A DNA stretch of 64,000 nt, taken from the NCBI GenBank assembly GCA_963842525.1, contig CAWJGT010000004.1:128001-192000 (forward strand), written 5' to 3'. The DNA comes from an uncultured Holophagales bacterium. GTDB taxonomy: Bacteria; Acidobacteriota; Thermoanaerobaculia; Multivoradales; UBA5704. Shown piece after piece: positions 38,881-49,923 of the stretch (within the stretch, counting starts at the first letter, position 1; every line of letters begins with the position of its first letter). The translations under genes and the position numbers were made by a program. Under the pieces are notes generated by a model. That model did not search any database. It saw only the letters and a list, made by a program, of their open reading frames with translations, and had not been told where the DNA came from.

Positions 38881-39120
38881 CCTCACCCCCTGGCCCCCTC
38901 TCCCATCGCCCCCCACCGACCGGGAGAGGGGGGACGCAGGCGGAGCGTTCGAGGCAAGGTCGATCCGATATCGCCTCAGACAGGCCAGAGGGCGCAGCAT
39001 GCTGGGCCTGCCAATCTCTCCGTAACACACACCCTACCCCGTCCGCCGTACATGGCCTCCTCTACGTCCCCCCTCTCCCGGGGGCAGGGGGGGGATGGGA
39101 GAGGGGGACAGGGGGTGAGG
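38881..39120. repeat. Pair of REP-like CCCCTCTCCC/GGGAGAGGGG hairpins in inverted orientation
   Basis: 38881-38933 and 39068-39120, same family as the element at 1846. Confidence 0.75.
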
Positions 39121-39196
39121 TCACTTGCCGCCCGGGGCCGCTTTTGGCAGGATGGCGGCGCCCGATGGGGCTTACCTTCCGAGAAGGAGTTGGAGA

Positions 39197-40810
39197 ATGG
39201 AGAGGAAAGAGAGGATCCGGTGGACGTGCGCCCTCCTGGCCGTCTGCCTCGTTGCCGTCCCGCTGGCAGCCCAGAAGGACCAGTCGATCCCGCCCGCGCC
39301 GCCCCGCGCGGAAGGCGACGGCCCCTACAACCGCCTGATCCTGCGCGGCGTTACCGTCATCGACGGCACCGGCGCCCCTCCCATGGGTCCGGTCGACATC
39401 GTCATCGCGAAGAACCGGATCGCGGAGATCGTGCTGGTGGGCAACCCAGGCCTGCCCATCGACCCCGAAGAACGGCCCAAGGCCGAGAAGGAGAAGGGAG
39501 ACCGGGAGATCGATCTCCAGGGCATGTACGCCCTGCCGGGGTTCGTCGACATGCACGGGCACATCGGCGGCAAGGAGCAGGGCACCCCGGCCGAATACGT
39601 CTACAAGCTGTGGCTGGGCCACGGCATCACCACCGTCCGCGACCCGGGCAGCGGCAACGGCCTGGCCTGGGTCCTCGACCAGAAGGCCAGGAGCGCCAGG
39701 AACGAGATCACCGCGCCGCGCATCGAGGCCTATGTCTTCTTCGGCCAGGGCCGGGACGAGCCCTTCGTCAAAGCCGACGAGGCGCGCCAGTGGGTCGACC
39801 AGGTGGCCGCCAAAGGCGCCGACGGCATCAAGTTCTTCGGCAACCCGCCGGAGATCCTGCAGGCGGCCCTGGACGAGGCGAAGAAGAAGGGCCTCCGCTC
39901 GGCCTGCCACCACGCGCAGCTCTACGTCACGCGGGTCAACGTCCTCGACTCCGCCCGCTGGGGACTGACGACCATGGAGCACTGGTACGGCCTGCCGGAG
40001 GCGCTGTTCGCCGACCGCACCGTCCAGGACTATCCGCTCGACTACAACTACGCCGACGAGTCCCACCGCTTCGGCGAGGCCGGCCGTCTCTGGAGCCAGG
40101 CCGCGCCGCCCGGCTCGGAGAAGTGGAACCAGGTGATCGACGAGCTCCTCAAGCTCGACTTCACCCTCGACCCGACCCTGACGATCTACGAGGCGAGCCG
40201 CGACCTCATGCGGGCGCGCCGCGCCGAATGGCACGAGCAGTACACCCTCCCCTCGCTCTGGGACTTCTACGCCCCCAGCCGCCAGTCCCACGGCTCCTAC
40301 TGGTTCAACTGGACCTCCGAGAACGAGGTGGACTGGAGGGAGAACTATCGTCTCTGGATGACCTTCCTGAACGAGTACAAGAACCGCGGCGGCCGGGTGA
40401 CCACCGGCTCGGACAGCGGCTACATCTACAAGCTCTACGGCTTCGACTACATCCGCGAGTTCGAGCTGCTGCGCGAGGCCGGCTTCCACCCGCTGGAAGT
40501 GATCCGTTCCGCGACCCTCAACGGCGCCCAGGCCCTGGGCCTCGACAAGGAGATCGGCTCGATCGAGCCCGGCAAGCTGGCCGACCTCGTCATCGTCGAG
40601 GAGAGCCCGATCCAGGACCTCAAGGTCCTCTACGGCACCGGGACCATCCGGGTCACCCCGGACAACAAAGTCGTCCGCGTCGGCGGCGTCAAATACACGG
40701 TCAAGGATGGGGTCATCTACGATGCCAAGAAGCTGCTAGAGGACGTGCGGAAGATCGTCGCGGAGGCGAAGCAGAAGTCGGGCAAGCAGATCGTGCAGCC
40801 GGGGATGTAA
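39197..40810 (+). CDS. Secreted amidohydrolase family protein
   Basis: PGFVDMHGH, TTGSDSG and GSIEPGKLADLVIV motifs. Confidence 0.9.
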   Translation: MERKERIRWTCALLAVCLVAVPLAAQKDQSIPPAPPRAEGDGPYNRLILRGVTVIDGTGAPPMGPVDIVIAKNRIAEIVLVGNPGLPIDPEERPKAEKEKGDREIDLQGMYALPGFVDMHGHIGGKEQGTPAEYVYKLWLGHGITTVRDPGSGNGLAWVLDQKARSARNEITAPRIEAYVFFGQGRDEPFVKADEARQWVDQVAAKGADGIKFFGNPPEILQAALDEAKKKGLRSACHHAQLYVTRVNVLDSARWGLTTMEHWYGLPEALFADRTVQDYPLDYNYADESHRFGEAGRLWSQAAPPGSEKWNQVIDELLKLDFTLDPTLTIYEASRDLMRARRAEWHEQYTLPSLWDFYAPSRQSHGSYWFNWTSENEVDWRENYRLWMTFLNEYKNRGGRVTTGSDSGYIYKLYGFDYIREFELLREAGFHPLEVIRSATLNGAQALGLDKEIGSIEPGKLADLVIVEESPIQDLKVLYGTGTIRVTPDNKVVRVGGVKYTVKDGVIYDAKKLLEDVRKIVAEAKQKSGKQIVQPGM

Positions 40811-40832
40811 GGGACTCCAGCGGCTAACGAGG

Positions 40833-41066
40833 ATGGAGCGGATCCCTCTGAAGTCATTGCATCCTGAGGCGTCGCTGAGTCAGCCGAAGCTGGCGACGTT
40901 CAGAAAGCTGACGACCGATAAGCTGACTGCATCCCTGCGACCTGGAGAGCCTGGGGCGCTCAAAGTCAGGCCAGATGGTACGATGATGGATGGGCATCAC
41001 AGGGTCTACGTTCTCCGGGTAAAAGCTGAGGGCCCGGTATTAGGGCAGCGCGTTCGTCGGATCTGA
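40833..41066 (+). CDS. Small ParB/sulfiredoxin-like protein, possibly truncated
   Basis: LKVRPDGTMMDGHHRVYVL resembles the ParB/Srx DGHHR motif. Confidence 0.55.
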   Translation: MERIPLKSLHPEASLSQPKLATFRKLTTDKLTASLRPGEPGALKVRPDGTMMDGHHRVYVLRVKAEGPVLGQRVRRI

Positions 41067-41098
41067 GCCAAGGATAGCGGTGCTATGCTCCCGCCCCG

Positions 41099-42988
41099 AT
41101 GTCCGGGGGCAAGACGTCGAAGTCTCGTGGGAAGGCACGGCAGAAGGCCGGGCGGCGCCGGGCTGAGGCCGAGGGCCGCGGTGCCAGCCGTCTCGATGCG
41201 AGCCGGCTCGCGCCGGTCCTCTGGGCCATGGCCGCCGCGGTGTCCATCTGGTCCTTCCTCTTCACGGTGCTGCTCAACACCGACCTCTGGTTTCATCTTG
41301 CCGCAGGGCGTCTGATCTGGACCGAACGCGCGATCCCGGCCACGGATTCGTGGTCGTTCACGGCCGCGGGCCGCCCGTGGCAGAACCACGAATGGCTCTC
41401 GGATGTGATCTTCCACCTGTGGTCCAAGGCTTTCGGCCTGGAGACGCTGGTCTACTGGCAGTGGCTCGTGCTCGGCGCGGCGTACCTGATCCTGTTCCGG
41501 GTGCTGGTGCGGTTCTCGGGGAGCTATCTCTGGGCGTATCTGATGGTCCTGCTGGGCCTCGACGTGGGCGCGCCGTTCTTCGACATCCGGCCGAATCTCT
41601 ACTCGCTGCTCGGCTTTGCGATCCTGATCCACGCTACGGTCCTGCGTCCGCGGCCGTCCTGGGCCTTGCCTGTCCTCTTCCTCGTGTGGATGAACCTGCA
41701 CGGCGGTGCGGTGTTCGGGCTGATGGCTCTGTTCATCACCCTGGCCGCCTGGGCGATCGCGGGGGAGCGAGAGGAGACCGCCGAGGAGCTGCCCTGGCGC
41801 CGGCGCGCTCTCCATGCGGCGGGGTTGTGGCTCGCCTGCTGCGGCGCGGCGCTGCTCAATCCGTACGGATGGGAGGCGTTCGCGTATCCGCTGCGACTGG
41901 CTTTCGCCGCGCGCTCGGCCTCGCGGATGATTATCTACGAGTGGCTCCCGCCCTTCGCGCCCGGCGGCATTCACTCGCCTCTGTATCCGATGGCGATTGG
42001 CGTCTTCGTTGTCGCAGCGCTTGCCCTGCTCGCGACGGGAGGCTTCCGCCGGCAGCCGCGCTGGGCCCTGGCCAGCCTGGGGCTCGCGGTGCTCACCCTG
42101 GCCATGTCTCTCCTGAGCCGGCGCTTCGTGCCGTTTTTCGGCATCGCGCAGAGCCTGGTTGCGGCTCTGGCGCTTCCCTCCGTCGCCGCCTTCTTCCGGC
42201 GGGGCCGACAACCCCGCAGGATCGCGGCGCCGGCCTGGAGCATGGTTGTGGCGCTCATCGCGTTGGGAATCGGCATCTATCGCCTGGCTCCGTATCCACT
42301 GACGTCGCGCGCCTTCGATCCACTGACCTGGACGTCCCGCCTGCCGGTCGACGCGCTCAATTACATGGAGGTCAATGGGCTCTCGGGCAACATCTTTGCC
42401 TATTTCATGTGGGGCGGATACGTCGACTACCGGACGGCCGGCCGCCTCAAGGTCCACATCGATCCGCGGTCGGAAACGGTGTTCGACGACGAGACCCAAT
42501 TGCGGCATTACGATGTGGTCCTGCAGCGGCCCGGCTGGGAGACGGTCCTCGAAAGCTCGGGGGCACAGTATCTGCTCTGGCCCATCGACTTCACGCGGCG
42601 GCGGACGATGATCTCGCAACTGGAGAGCTCCGGCCGCTGGCGACGGCTCTATCGGGACGGGGTCTCCGTCCTCCTGGCGCGGTCGGATGCGCCGCTGCCG
42701 GCGGTCCTGCGGCCCACGCCCGACTCCGGCTATCGCTCCTGGGCGTTGGCGCGGCAGGCCATGGACCGGCGCGACTATGAAGAGGCCGAAGCCCTTCTCG
42801 AGCGGTCCCTCCAGCAGGCCCCCGACCTCTGGCCCGCCTGCCAGGACCTGGCCGGCCTTCACGCCACGCGCGAAAACGTGGCGAACACCCGTGCGGCCAT
42901 CGAGCGGTGCCACCGGATTTTTCCGGACCTCGACCTGTCCGTCGAAAAGCTTTTCGCGGAGCGGGGAAAGCGGATCCCCGGGGCGTAG
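41099..42988 (+). CDS. Polytopic membrane protein (GT-C-like) with a C-terminal TPR
   Basis: DLWFHLAAG, W.NHEWL, RP, WMNLHGG, LLNPYG and IDPR motifs; many TMs. Confidence 0.75.
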   Translation: MSGGKTSKSRGKARQKAGRRRAEAEGRGASRLDASRLAPVLWAMAAAVSIWSFLFTVLLNTDLWFHLAAGRLIWTERAIPATDSWSFTAAGRPWQNHEWLSDVIFHLWSKAFGLETLVYWQWLVLGAAYLILFRVLVRFSGSYLWAYLMVLLGLDVGAPFFDIRPNLYSLLGFAILIHATVLRPRPSWALPVLFLVWMNLHGGAVFGLMALFITLAAWAIAGEREETAEELPWRRRALHAAGLWLACCGAALLNPYGWEAFAYPLRLAFAARSASRMIIYEWLPPFAPGGIHSPLYPMAIGVFVVAALALLATGGFRRQPRWALASLGLAVLTLAMSLLSRRFVPFFGIAQSLVAALALPSVAAFFRRGRQPRRIAAPAWSMVVALIALGIGIYRLAPYPLTSRAFDPLTWTSRLPVDALNYMEVNGLSGNIFAYFMWGGYVDYRTAGRLKVHIDPRSETVFDDETQLRHYDVVLQRPGWETVLESSGAQYLLWPIDFTRRRTMISQLESSGRWRRLYRDGVSVLLARSDAPLPAVLRPTPDSGYRSWALARQAMDRRDYEEAEALLERSLQQAPDLWPACQDLAGLHATRENVANTRAAIERCHRIFPDLDLSVEKLFAERGKRIPGA

Positions 42989-43360
42989 CTCTCCGAGGGC
43001 CCGACTTAGGCTCTTCGAGCTCGGATGGGAAGAGCCCGGCTGGGGTCAGATGCCGGTGAACCAGGCTTCCCTTGGTTTGGTGTTGCAGGACATCAGCGCT
43101 AAGCTCGCTAACAGAGCTCTACGAGGACAAGTGCAAGAGATCGCGCAGAAATTGGTCGCGGAGAATCCTCAGCGTGCAGTCAGGTAAATTGGTGGCGACT
43201 CCGGGCAAACGGAGATAAAAGGTTTCCAAGCCCCAGTAGGGAGGCAGCAGATTCGGCAGGACACGGGTTCGCTGCCGCCCCTCTGGAGCTTGGCCTTGAC
43301 GAAAACCGTGGAGCAAAATAAGATGGCAGTCCAGGCATGCATCAGGCTCAAGATAGCCCC

Positions 43361-44005
43361 ATGGACGTTCGCGAAAGCTACGACTCCGCAGCCAGAGCAT
43401 ACGCCGAGCATCTTGCGGACGAGCTTTCGTACAAGCCGCTCGATCGTCATCTTTTGAACCGGTTTGCCGAATCCAAACGCAGTCGCGGCCTCGTTGCCGA
43501 CCTTGGCTGTGGACCCGGGCATATTGCTCGCTACCTCCACGAGCAGGGTGTGGCTGTCGTCGGCATCGACCTCTCGCCCGAGATGATAGATGTGGCCAGA
43601 AGCCACAATCCCAACCTCGACTTCCGGGTCGGCGACATGCGCTCCCTCGAGATACCGGATGCGAGTCTTGCAGGCATCGTGGCCTTCTATTCGATTGTCC
43701 ATTTCGCATCATCGGAGCTCGGGCCGATCTTCAGGCAGATGCGGCGAGTCTTGACGCATGACGGATTGGCTCTGGTATCGTTTCATATCGGAGATCAAGT
43801 CGTGCACGCCGATGAGCTCTACGGCGCCCCCGTATCCCTGGATTTTCGGTTTCACGTACCCAGTGACGTTATCCAGGCGCTTGGGACTGCTGGTCTGGCG
43901 GTCATCGAGCACATCGAGAGAGAGACATACGCGGGAGCAGAGTATCCAACTCGCCGTTGTTACCTTCTGGCGAAGGCGGAGGATCCACCAGCGCACCTTC
44001 GTTGA
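43361..44005 (+). CDS. Class I SAM-dependent methyltransferase
   Basis: VADLGCGPG, GIDLSPEM and GDM motifs. Confidence 0.9.
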   Translation: MDVRESYDSAARAYAEHLADELSYKPLDRHLLNRFAESKRSRGLVADLGCGPGHIARYLHEQGVAVVGIDLSPEMIDVARSHNPNLDFRVGDMRSLEIPDASLAGIVAFYSIVHFASSELGPIFRQMRRVLTHDGLALVSFHIGDQVVHADELYGAPVSLDFRFHVPSDVIQALGTAGLAVIEHIERETYAGAEYPTRRCYLLAKAEDPPAHLR

Positions 44006-44065
44006 GGAGCAGGCTGGATAGCCCGGTGTAAGGAAACCCATGGCTGGCACGTTCTTCGGTCAGCC

Positions 44066-47000
44066 ATGCTCAAGATCAGAGACTTCGTGAACGCGCGCCG
44101 GTTCAGGACCATTGCGGGGCACGAGCTCCGTACCCAGTTGTCCGGACCGCTGTTCTGGGTCCTTCTTTCGCTGGTGCTCCTGGTGACGAGCATCCTCAAC
44201 CCGGTGGCGATGATCCCGTCGGGCGATGCCGAGGTCGGGGGCGCCCGGGTGTTCATCAACTCGCCGTATGCCCTGGCCCAGACCTTCGCCCTGGGCAGCT
44301 TCCTGGCCTACACGTTTTTCGCGGCGCTCATGGCCGGCCTGCCGGTGCTCCGCGAGGAAGAGGCGGCCATTTCCGGCCTGCTCCACAGCACGCCGCTCAC
44401 CGCCGCCGAGTACGTCCTGGGCAAATTCTTCGGCGTCATGGCGGCGCTCGGCGTGGCCTTCGGGGTCCACTTGCTGCTGGCGATCGGCTTTTATCAATAC
44501 GGCGCGTGGACTGGGGAGAGCGCCATCCACGGCCCGTTCCGCCTCGGCCACTATCTGGTCCCGGCGCTGGTCTTCGCCGCGCCCGGCATCTGGTGCTGTG
44601 CGGCGCTCGCCTTCGCGGTGGGCGAACGGACGCGACGGCCGATGGCGGTCTATGGTTTCCCGACCGTGCTCTTCGTGGTCACGCTCATCTTCCTGTGGAC
44701 CTGGAGCCCGCCGTGGCTCGACCCGCGGGTGGACCGTCTGCTGATGGTGCTCGACCCCACGGCGCTGCGCTGGCTCAGCCGGACGCTGTTCCGGGTGGAC
44801 CGCGGCGTCGCGTTCTATAACACCGCCCCGCTCGCGTTCGACGCGACGCTGCTGCTGAACCGCCTGCTCGTCCTGACCCTGCCGGCGCTGGCCGTGCTCG
44901 GCTCGATCCGCCATTTCCGCAGGTCGCTCGGTGGAGTCGATCGTGGATGGCTGCTGTTGCGGCGCCGCGCGCACACACCGGCCCAGGACCACAAGCAGGA
45001 GCGGAGTGCCGGGAGCTTCCGGCCGCTCCGCGATCTGGCGATGACGAGCCGGCCGCCGGGCCTGATCGCCGGCGCGTGGACGATCCTGCAGGCGGAGCTT
45101 CCGGGAGCTGCGCCGGCAGCCGGCGCTCTAACTTTTCACGGCCTTCCTGATGCTGGTGGTCGTGGAGGTCGCAGGGACGGAGGACGATGCGTTCGGGGCC
45201 CCGGTCCTCCTCACGGCCGGCAGCCTGGCGGTGCGCACGATGCCGATCGTCACGATCCTGGTCTGCCTCTTTCTGCTCTTTTTCGTGATCGAATCCATCT
45301 ACCGCGATACGGCCACGAAATTCGACGCCCTCGTGTACAGCTCGCCCGTGTCCAACGGCGCCATCCTCCTGGGCAAGGGCCTCGCCGCCGCGGTGGTCAT
45401 CGGCGTGCTCACCGTCGCCTGCGGGGCCAGCGGCCTCCTGCTGCTGATGCTCCAGCCGGGAGGGCGCGTCGAGCTCTGGCCGCTCGTGCTGGTTTTCGCC
45501 CTGGTGCTCGCTCCCACGTACCTGCTCTGGACGGCGTTCGTGACGGCGATCATGACGGTCGTCCGGCAGCGGTCCGCCGCGCTGGCCCTGGGACTGGCGG
45601 CTCTGGTGCTGACGGGATTCCAGTTCGCGAGCGGCACCATGACCTGGGCCTCGAACTGGCCGCTCTGGGGAGCGCTCCGCTGGAGCGACCTGGGCACCTT
45701 TCCGCTCAACGGCGGTGCCCTGATGCTCAACCGCGCCGGGGCCATGGCGCTGGCGGTCTTCCTCTTTGCCATCGCCTTCACCTTCCTCACCCGCACCGAG
45801 CGCGATGCGGTGGCGACGTTTGAACGGCTCCGGCCCGCGCGGTTGCTCCGCGGTGCGCTCCGCCTCGCACCGTTCGCGTTGATGCCGGTCCTGGTCCTCG
45901 GCTTTCTCGGCATCCAGGTGCGCACCGGGTTCCAGGGCGAGATGGCCGAGGAGCGCGCCCGGGAGCACTGGCGCCGCAACGTTGCCACGTGGCGCGATGT
46001 GGTGCCTGCCGACATCACGCACCTCGACGTCAAGCTCGACCTCGAGCCGTCCGAGCGGCGCATGCGCGTTCAGGGGACCTACAGCATGGTCAACGCCACC
46101 GGAGAGCCGATGCGCTGGCTGACCTTCACGGTGGGGGAGTCGTTCGGCAAGGTCGCATGGACGATGAACGGCAGGCCGGTGACGCCGGACGACCGCGGCC
46201 GGTCTGCACATCCTGACGCCGGAGAGGCCGCTGCTGCCGGGACAGGCGACGCGCGTGGGGTTCGCCTACACCGCGATTTATCCCAGGGGCATCACCCGCA
46301 ACGGCGGCGGCGCGAGCACCTTCATCCTGCCGGCGGGCGTCCTGCTCTCGACGCACCGCGGCGAGTTCCTGCCGGTGCCGGGGTTCGTCGAGGGTACTGA
46401 GGGAGACGCGAAGGAGCGCCCTGAGCCGGCCGTGTTCCCCGACGGCTCCGTTCCAGGCGCGCCGCGGCCTGACCGGCGGGGCGTCGTTCGTGACGAGAGT
46501 GGAGGTCCGCACGCCGAGCGCCTATACCGTCAACGCCGTCGGCGTGAAGACAAGGGAGTGGAGCGAGGGCGGACGGACCACCGTCGTCTGGGAAAGCGAC
46601 CATCCCGTCGGCGCGCTGAACGTCATCGCGGGCCGGTGGGACGTCCGGCGGCGGGATGGCAGCGCGGTGTTCTTCCATCCGGGACATCCATACAACGTGG
46701 ACCGGATTCTGGGTACGCTGGTGGCGGCGCGCGCGCGGTATTCCGAATGGTTTTATCCCTATCCCTGGCGGGAGCTGCGGCTCAGCGAGTTTCCGGACCT
46801 GGAGACGAACGCCACCGCCTTCCCGACGAACATCAGCTTTTCGGAAGGGATCGGCTTTCTGACCGGCGGTGACCCGGACGCGGGGCTGGCGTTCAGCGTC
46901 ACCGCGCACGAGGCGGCGCATCAGTGGTGGGGCCACCTGCTCACCGCCGGCGAAGGGCCGGGCACCGGACTGCTCGTCGAAGGAATGGCCAATTATTCGG

Positions 47001-47713
47001 CCCTTCTTCTGCACGAGTCGGAGAGCGGGCTCGCCGCGCGGATCGCCTTTGCACGGCAGCTCGAACGGAGCTATCTCGAGCGGCGGCGGGTGAGCGGGGA
47101 GCGCGCGGTCCTCGACACCGTCGAGCGGCGCGAGAGCGACGAAGCCGTGCTTTCCCAGAAGGGCGCATGGGTCATGTGGATGTTGCACAACCATCTCGGC
47201 CGCGACCGGATGCTGGCCGGTCTGCGGGAGCTGATGGGCCGCCACGTGCGGAACCGGGATCACGCGACGCCGCAGGATCTGGTGACAGCGCTCGGCGCGC
47301 AGGCGGCGGACCCGGCGGCGTACCAGGCCTTCGTGGACCAGTGGCTCAAAGGAGTCGTGCTCCCAGAATATGAGCTATCCGCCGCCACCGTCGAGCGGAC
47401 CGCGGAGGGCTGGCGAGCCCGGGCGACAATCACAAATATCGGCACCGGCACCGCCGTCGTCGAGATCGCCGCAGCACGAGGGCAGAGATTCGAGTGCGCG
47501 AGCTACGAAGAGAAGCGCGTTGCGCTGCGGCTCGTGCCCGGGCGCCCCGAGCAGGTGGTCTGGACGCTGGGCTTCCAGCCCGAGCGCATCGTCGTCGACC
47601 CGGATGCGCTCGTCCTGCAGCTCAACCGGGACCGGGCGGTGGCCGAGCTGCGCGCGCCCAAGGGCCTGCAGCTCGCCCGAGCGGAGGTTGTTCCGGAGCT
47701 CTCTCGGCCCTGA
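44066..47713 (+). CDS. ABC-2-type permease fused to M1 aminopeptidase (frameshifts near 45100-45130, 46200 and 46440)
   Basis: Two permease halves (HSTPLT..EYVLGKF; YSSPVS...LLGK) followed by AHEAAHQWWG-x-EGMANY and KGAWV. Confidence 0.8.
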
Positions 47714-47777
47714 CCGTGGTACGCTGCGTCCGGCAGGTCCAAGGTAAACGATGTATCAATCCTGACAGGAGGTCCAT

Positions 47778-48164
47778 ATGAGGCCGGCAGCGGGTCAAGT
47801 TCATACCGAGTTTCGAATCTTCACGGGCAAGGCCCAAAAGGGGAATCCGATTGCGGGTCTTGCCAAGAAGGCCGAAGCCTTCGTGTCCGCCGAACAGGTG
47901 GCCCCGAAGAGCATTGGGGTGGAGTACCTTGAGGCGACCCGCGAGGTCGTCCTGACCCTCGGGTATCGGCGGGGTGTGGCACCCTACGAGATCTCCATCG
48001 TAGCTCGCCCACTCGGAGTCCTCGCCGATACCAAGCGTGCAACGATCGCGGCCCTTGAGTCCCGCATGAGAGACGCTGCCGCCGAGCTCAAGAACGTGAT
48101 CTGCCACGAGCTTCTCATCAACGAGAAGGGCGAGTTTACAATGGTCTTCATGCTCCATCGATAA
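47778..48164 (+). CDS. Hypothetical protein
   Basis: AGGAGG RBS, plausible protein-like composition, no family recognised. Confidence 0.65.
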   Translation: MRPAAGQVHTEFRIFTGKAQKGNPIAGLAKKAEAFVSAEQVAPKSIGVEYLEATREVVLTLGYRRGVAPYEISIVARPLGVLADTKRATIAALESRMRDAAAELKNVICHELLINEKGEFTMVFMLHR

Positions 48165-48407
48165 GATCCGTCTGCATAGGTGCTGCATAGGTGCCAGGTG
48201 TTTCGTGTCGCGGTGGGCGAAAGGACGGCACCGGGTCCGGTGGCATCGCAGCTTCGATGAGCCTGCCGCGCACCGCACTCGAGATCTCACGGACCCGAGT
48301 CACTGCCGTCGCTCCCTTCCGCTGACCGAGCGAGAGGGCGCCTCGGAACTCCACAGGACGACGCAGAAGACGTCGGTAGCCGTCCGGCAGGATGACACGA
48401 TCTCTCA

Positions 48408-48650
48408 GAGGGTGTTTCAAAAGGGGCTGCAAGCGAGTTGGTAAGGTCCGCCTTGGGCTCCAGACCCGTCGTGTCATCCTGAGCGAGAGCGAAGGATCTG
48501 GGGGAAGGGAGGCTCCGCGAGCCCGCTGCGGTCTTGGAGTCCGGGCCGTTCCCACCGTCCAGATCCTTCGCTGCGCTCAGGATGACACGACAGACCCGGA
48601 TCGCCAACCGGTCGATCTTGTTCGTGGGTGAGGACTTTCGAGACACCCTC
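48408..48650. mobile_element. MITE-like element with the same TIRs as 27545, enclosing a GTCATCCTGAGCG..AAGGATCT REP pair
   Basis: GAGGGTGTTTCAAAA ... TTTCGAGACACCCTC; inner inverted repeat 48468-48501 / 48559-48591. Confidence 0.7.
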
Positions 48651-48814
48651 TCAGCGCGGGCTCATCACGCGTTCGCCCGGCCAGGCGCGGTCTATACGGC
48701 TCAACATTCGGTTCGAAGAGATTCCGCGCCTTGAGTAGAGTGCCTTCGACCTCCGACCGAAACTTCAGCCGGCAACGCCGTCTTCGCAGCAAACTCATGC
48801 CCTGCCGAGTCTGC

Positions 48815-48920
48815 TGCCGCCCCTCCGGGGCTTGGAAAGGTTTCTGTCTCCGTACCTGGGGTCGCCGCTCCTTCGTCGCTCTGACCCCAGGCTACACGCC
48901 GTGGGCCCCTCCGGGGCCGG
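48815..48920. repeat. REP-like element (GCCCCTCCGGGGC x2 around CCTGGGG...CCCCAGG)
   Basis: Two GCCCC-TCC-GGGGC hairpins flanking a central palindrome. Confidence 0.6.
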
Positions 48921-49006
48921 GTGCTTGCTGGTTCCGCTTGACGCGCCTCAGGCATTGTGTAAGCTGCCAACGAATCTGGGTAACAGGTGACACTGAAAAA
49001 CAAAGC

Positions 49007-49056
49007 GCCCGCCGGAGCTCGCCCGCACCGAAGAGGGGCGTGGAGCCCGGCGGGCC
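49007..49056 (-). terminator. Long GC hairpin with an adjacent A-run (T-run on the minus strand)
   Basis: GCCCGCCGG...CCGGCGGGC outer stem with inner GCTC/GAGC and CGCCC/GGGCG pairs. Confidence 0.45.
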
Positions 49057-49348
49057 TCTTCTGATGACTATCCATCGACAAGGTCGGACTTTCCAGATCC
49101 TGCCTTGAGATTGGTCCGAATTCTCATATCGTTCACCTCCTCTTCTCTGGGAGGGTAAGGCAATCCGAATGCCAACCCTGCAACAAGAGAGTCGAGACTT
49201 TTCGGAGCGCGGTCCTGCATGCGATATCTTCTTTGGAATCAGGCAGATCCAGCAGGCGGTCTGAAGTGGATGAGATTGCTGGAAGGCTGAACAATCTCGT
49301 CCTCGGGCGGAGACAGATCCGTCCTCGGGGACTACTGAAGGGCGGCGT

Positions 49349-49520
49349 GGATAAGCGTAGCAACGGCAGATAACGCTATCTGCGCCGGATAAGCTTATAC
49401 GGCTCGGATAAGCTTATCCGCGGCGGATAGCGTTATCTGCGCCAGATAAGCTTATCTGCGCTGGATAAGCTTACGCTGGCGCAGATATCGTTCTCTACGG
49501 TGGATACGCGTCGCTGGCCT
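49349..49520. repeat. Tandem array of nine ~19-bp units with palindromic core RGATAAGCTTATCY
   Basis: Units start at 49349, 49368, 49387, 49406, 49425, 49444, 49463, 49483 and 49502. Confidence 0.9.
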
Positions 49521-49619
49521 GGATCTGCGGGGATGCCGCGAAGCTGCGCCGCCAGTTTGGCGTTCGGAGGAAGGAGCAGGAAAGGGGCGGCGTGGTGGAC
49601 ACGCTCCCCCGGAGTAGAG

Positions 49620-49815
49620 TTACTGCGGATCGACAGCGGCGGTGGCGGGTTCAGGCGGGGGTTGGGGCGCCGGTTCCTTAGCCTTGCTGGCGCGGCTGCG
49701 GCCGCGGAACGGCTGCAGGTGGAACTCCGCGAGCTTTTCCGACCGCAGGCCGTAAAACTCTTGAAGGACCTTGCTCGCCGCGGTCATCAGCCGGTCGCCT
49801 TCGGTGATCGAGGTC
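49620..49815 (-). pseudogene. 5'-truncated small helical protein (YGLRSEKLAEFHLQPFRGR, Pro-rich tail)
   Basis: Protein-like C-terminal half only; upstream sequence reads better as the end of an unrelated plus-strand gene (…LDKFEQERLAELKRKYLQK* ending 49923). Confidence 0.5.
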
Positions 49816-49923
49816 GTGAAGCTCGACGGCCCGACGGGCGACACTCTCTTCGACGCTGCAGGCTTGGACAAGTTTGAACAGGAGCGCTTGGCGGAGCTCA
49901 AGAGGAAGTATCTTCAGAAGTAG

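Noticed and set aside
43050-43187. Short ORF between the membrane protein and the methyltransferase
   Set aside because: No RBS or recognisable motif; at most a gene remnant
49349-49520. CRISPR array
   Set aside because: The period is only 19 bp with ~5-bp linkers, the repeats are degenerate and there are no cas genes
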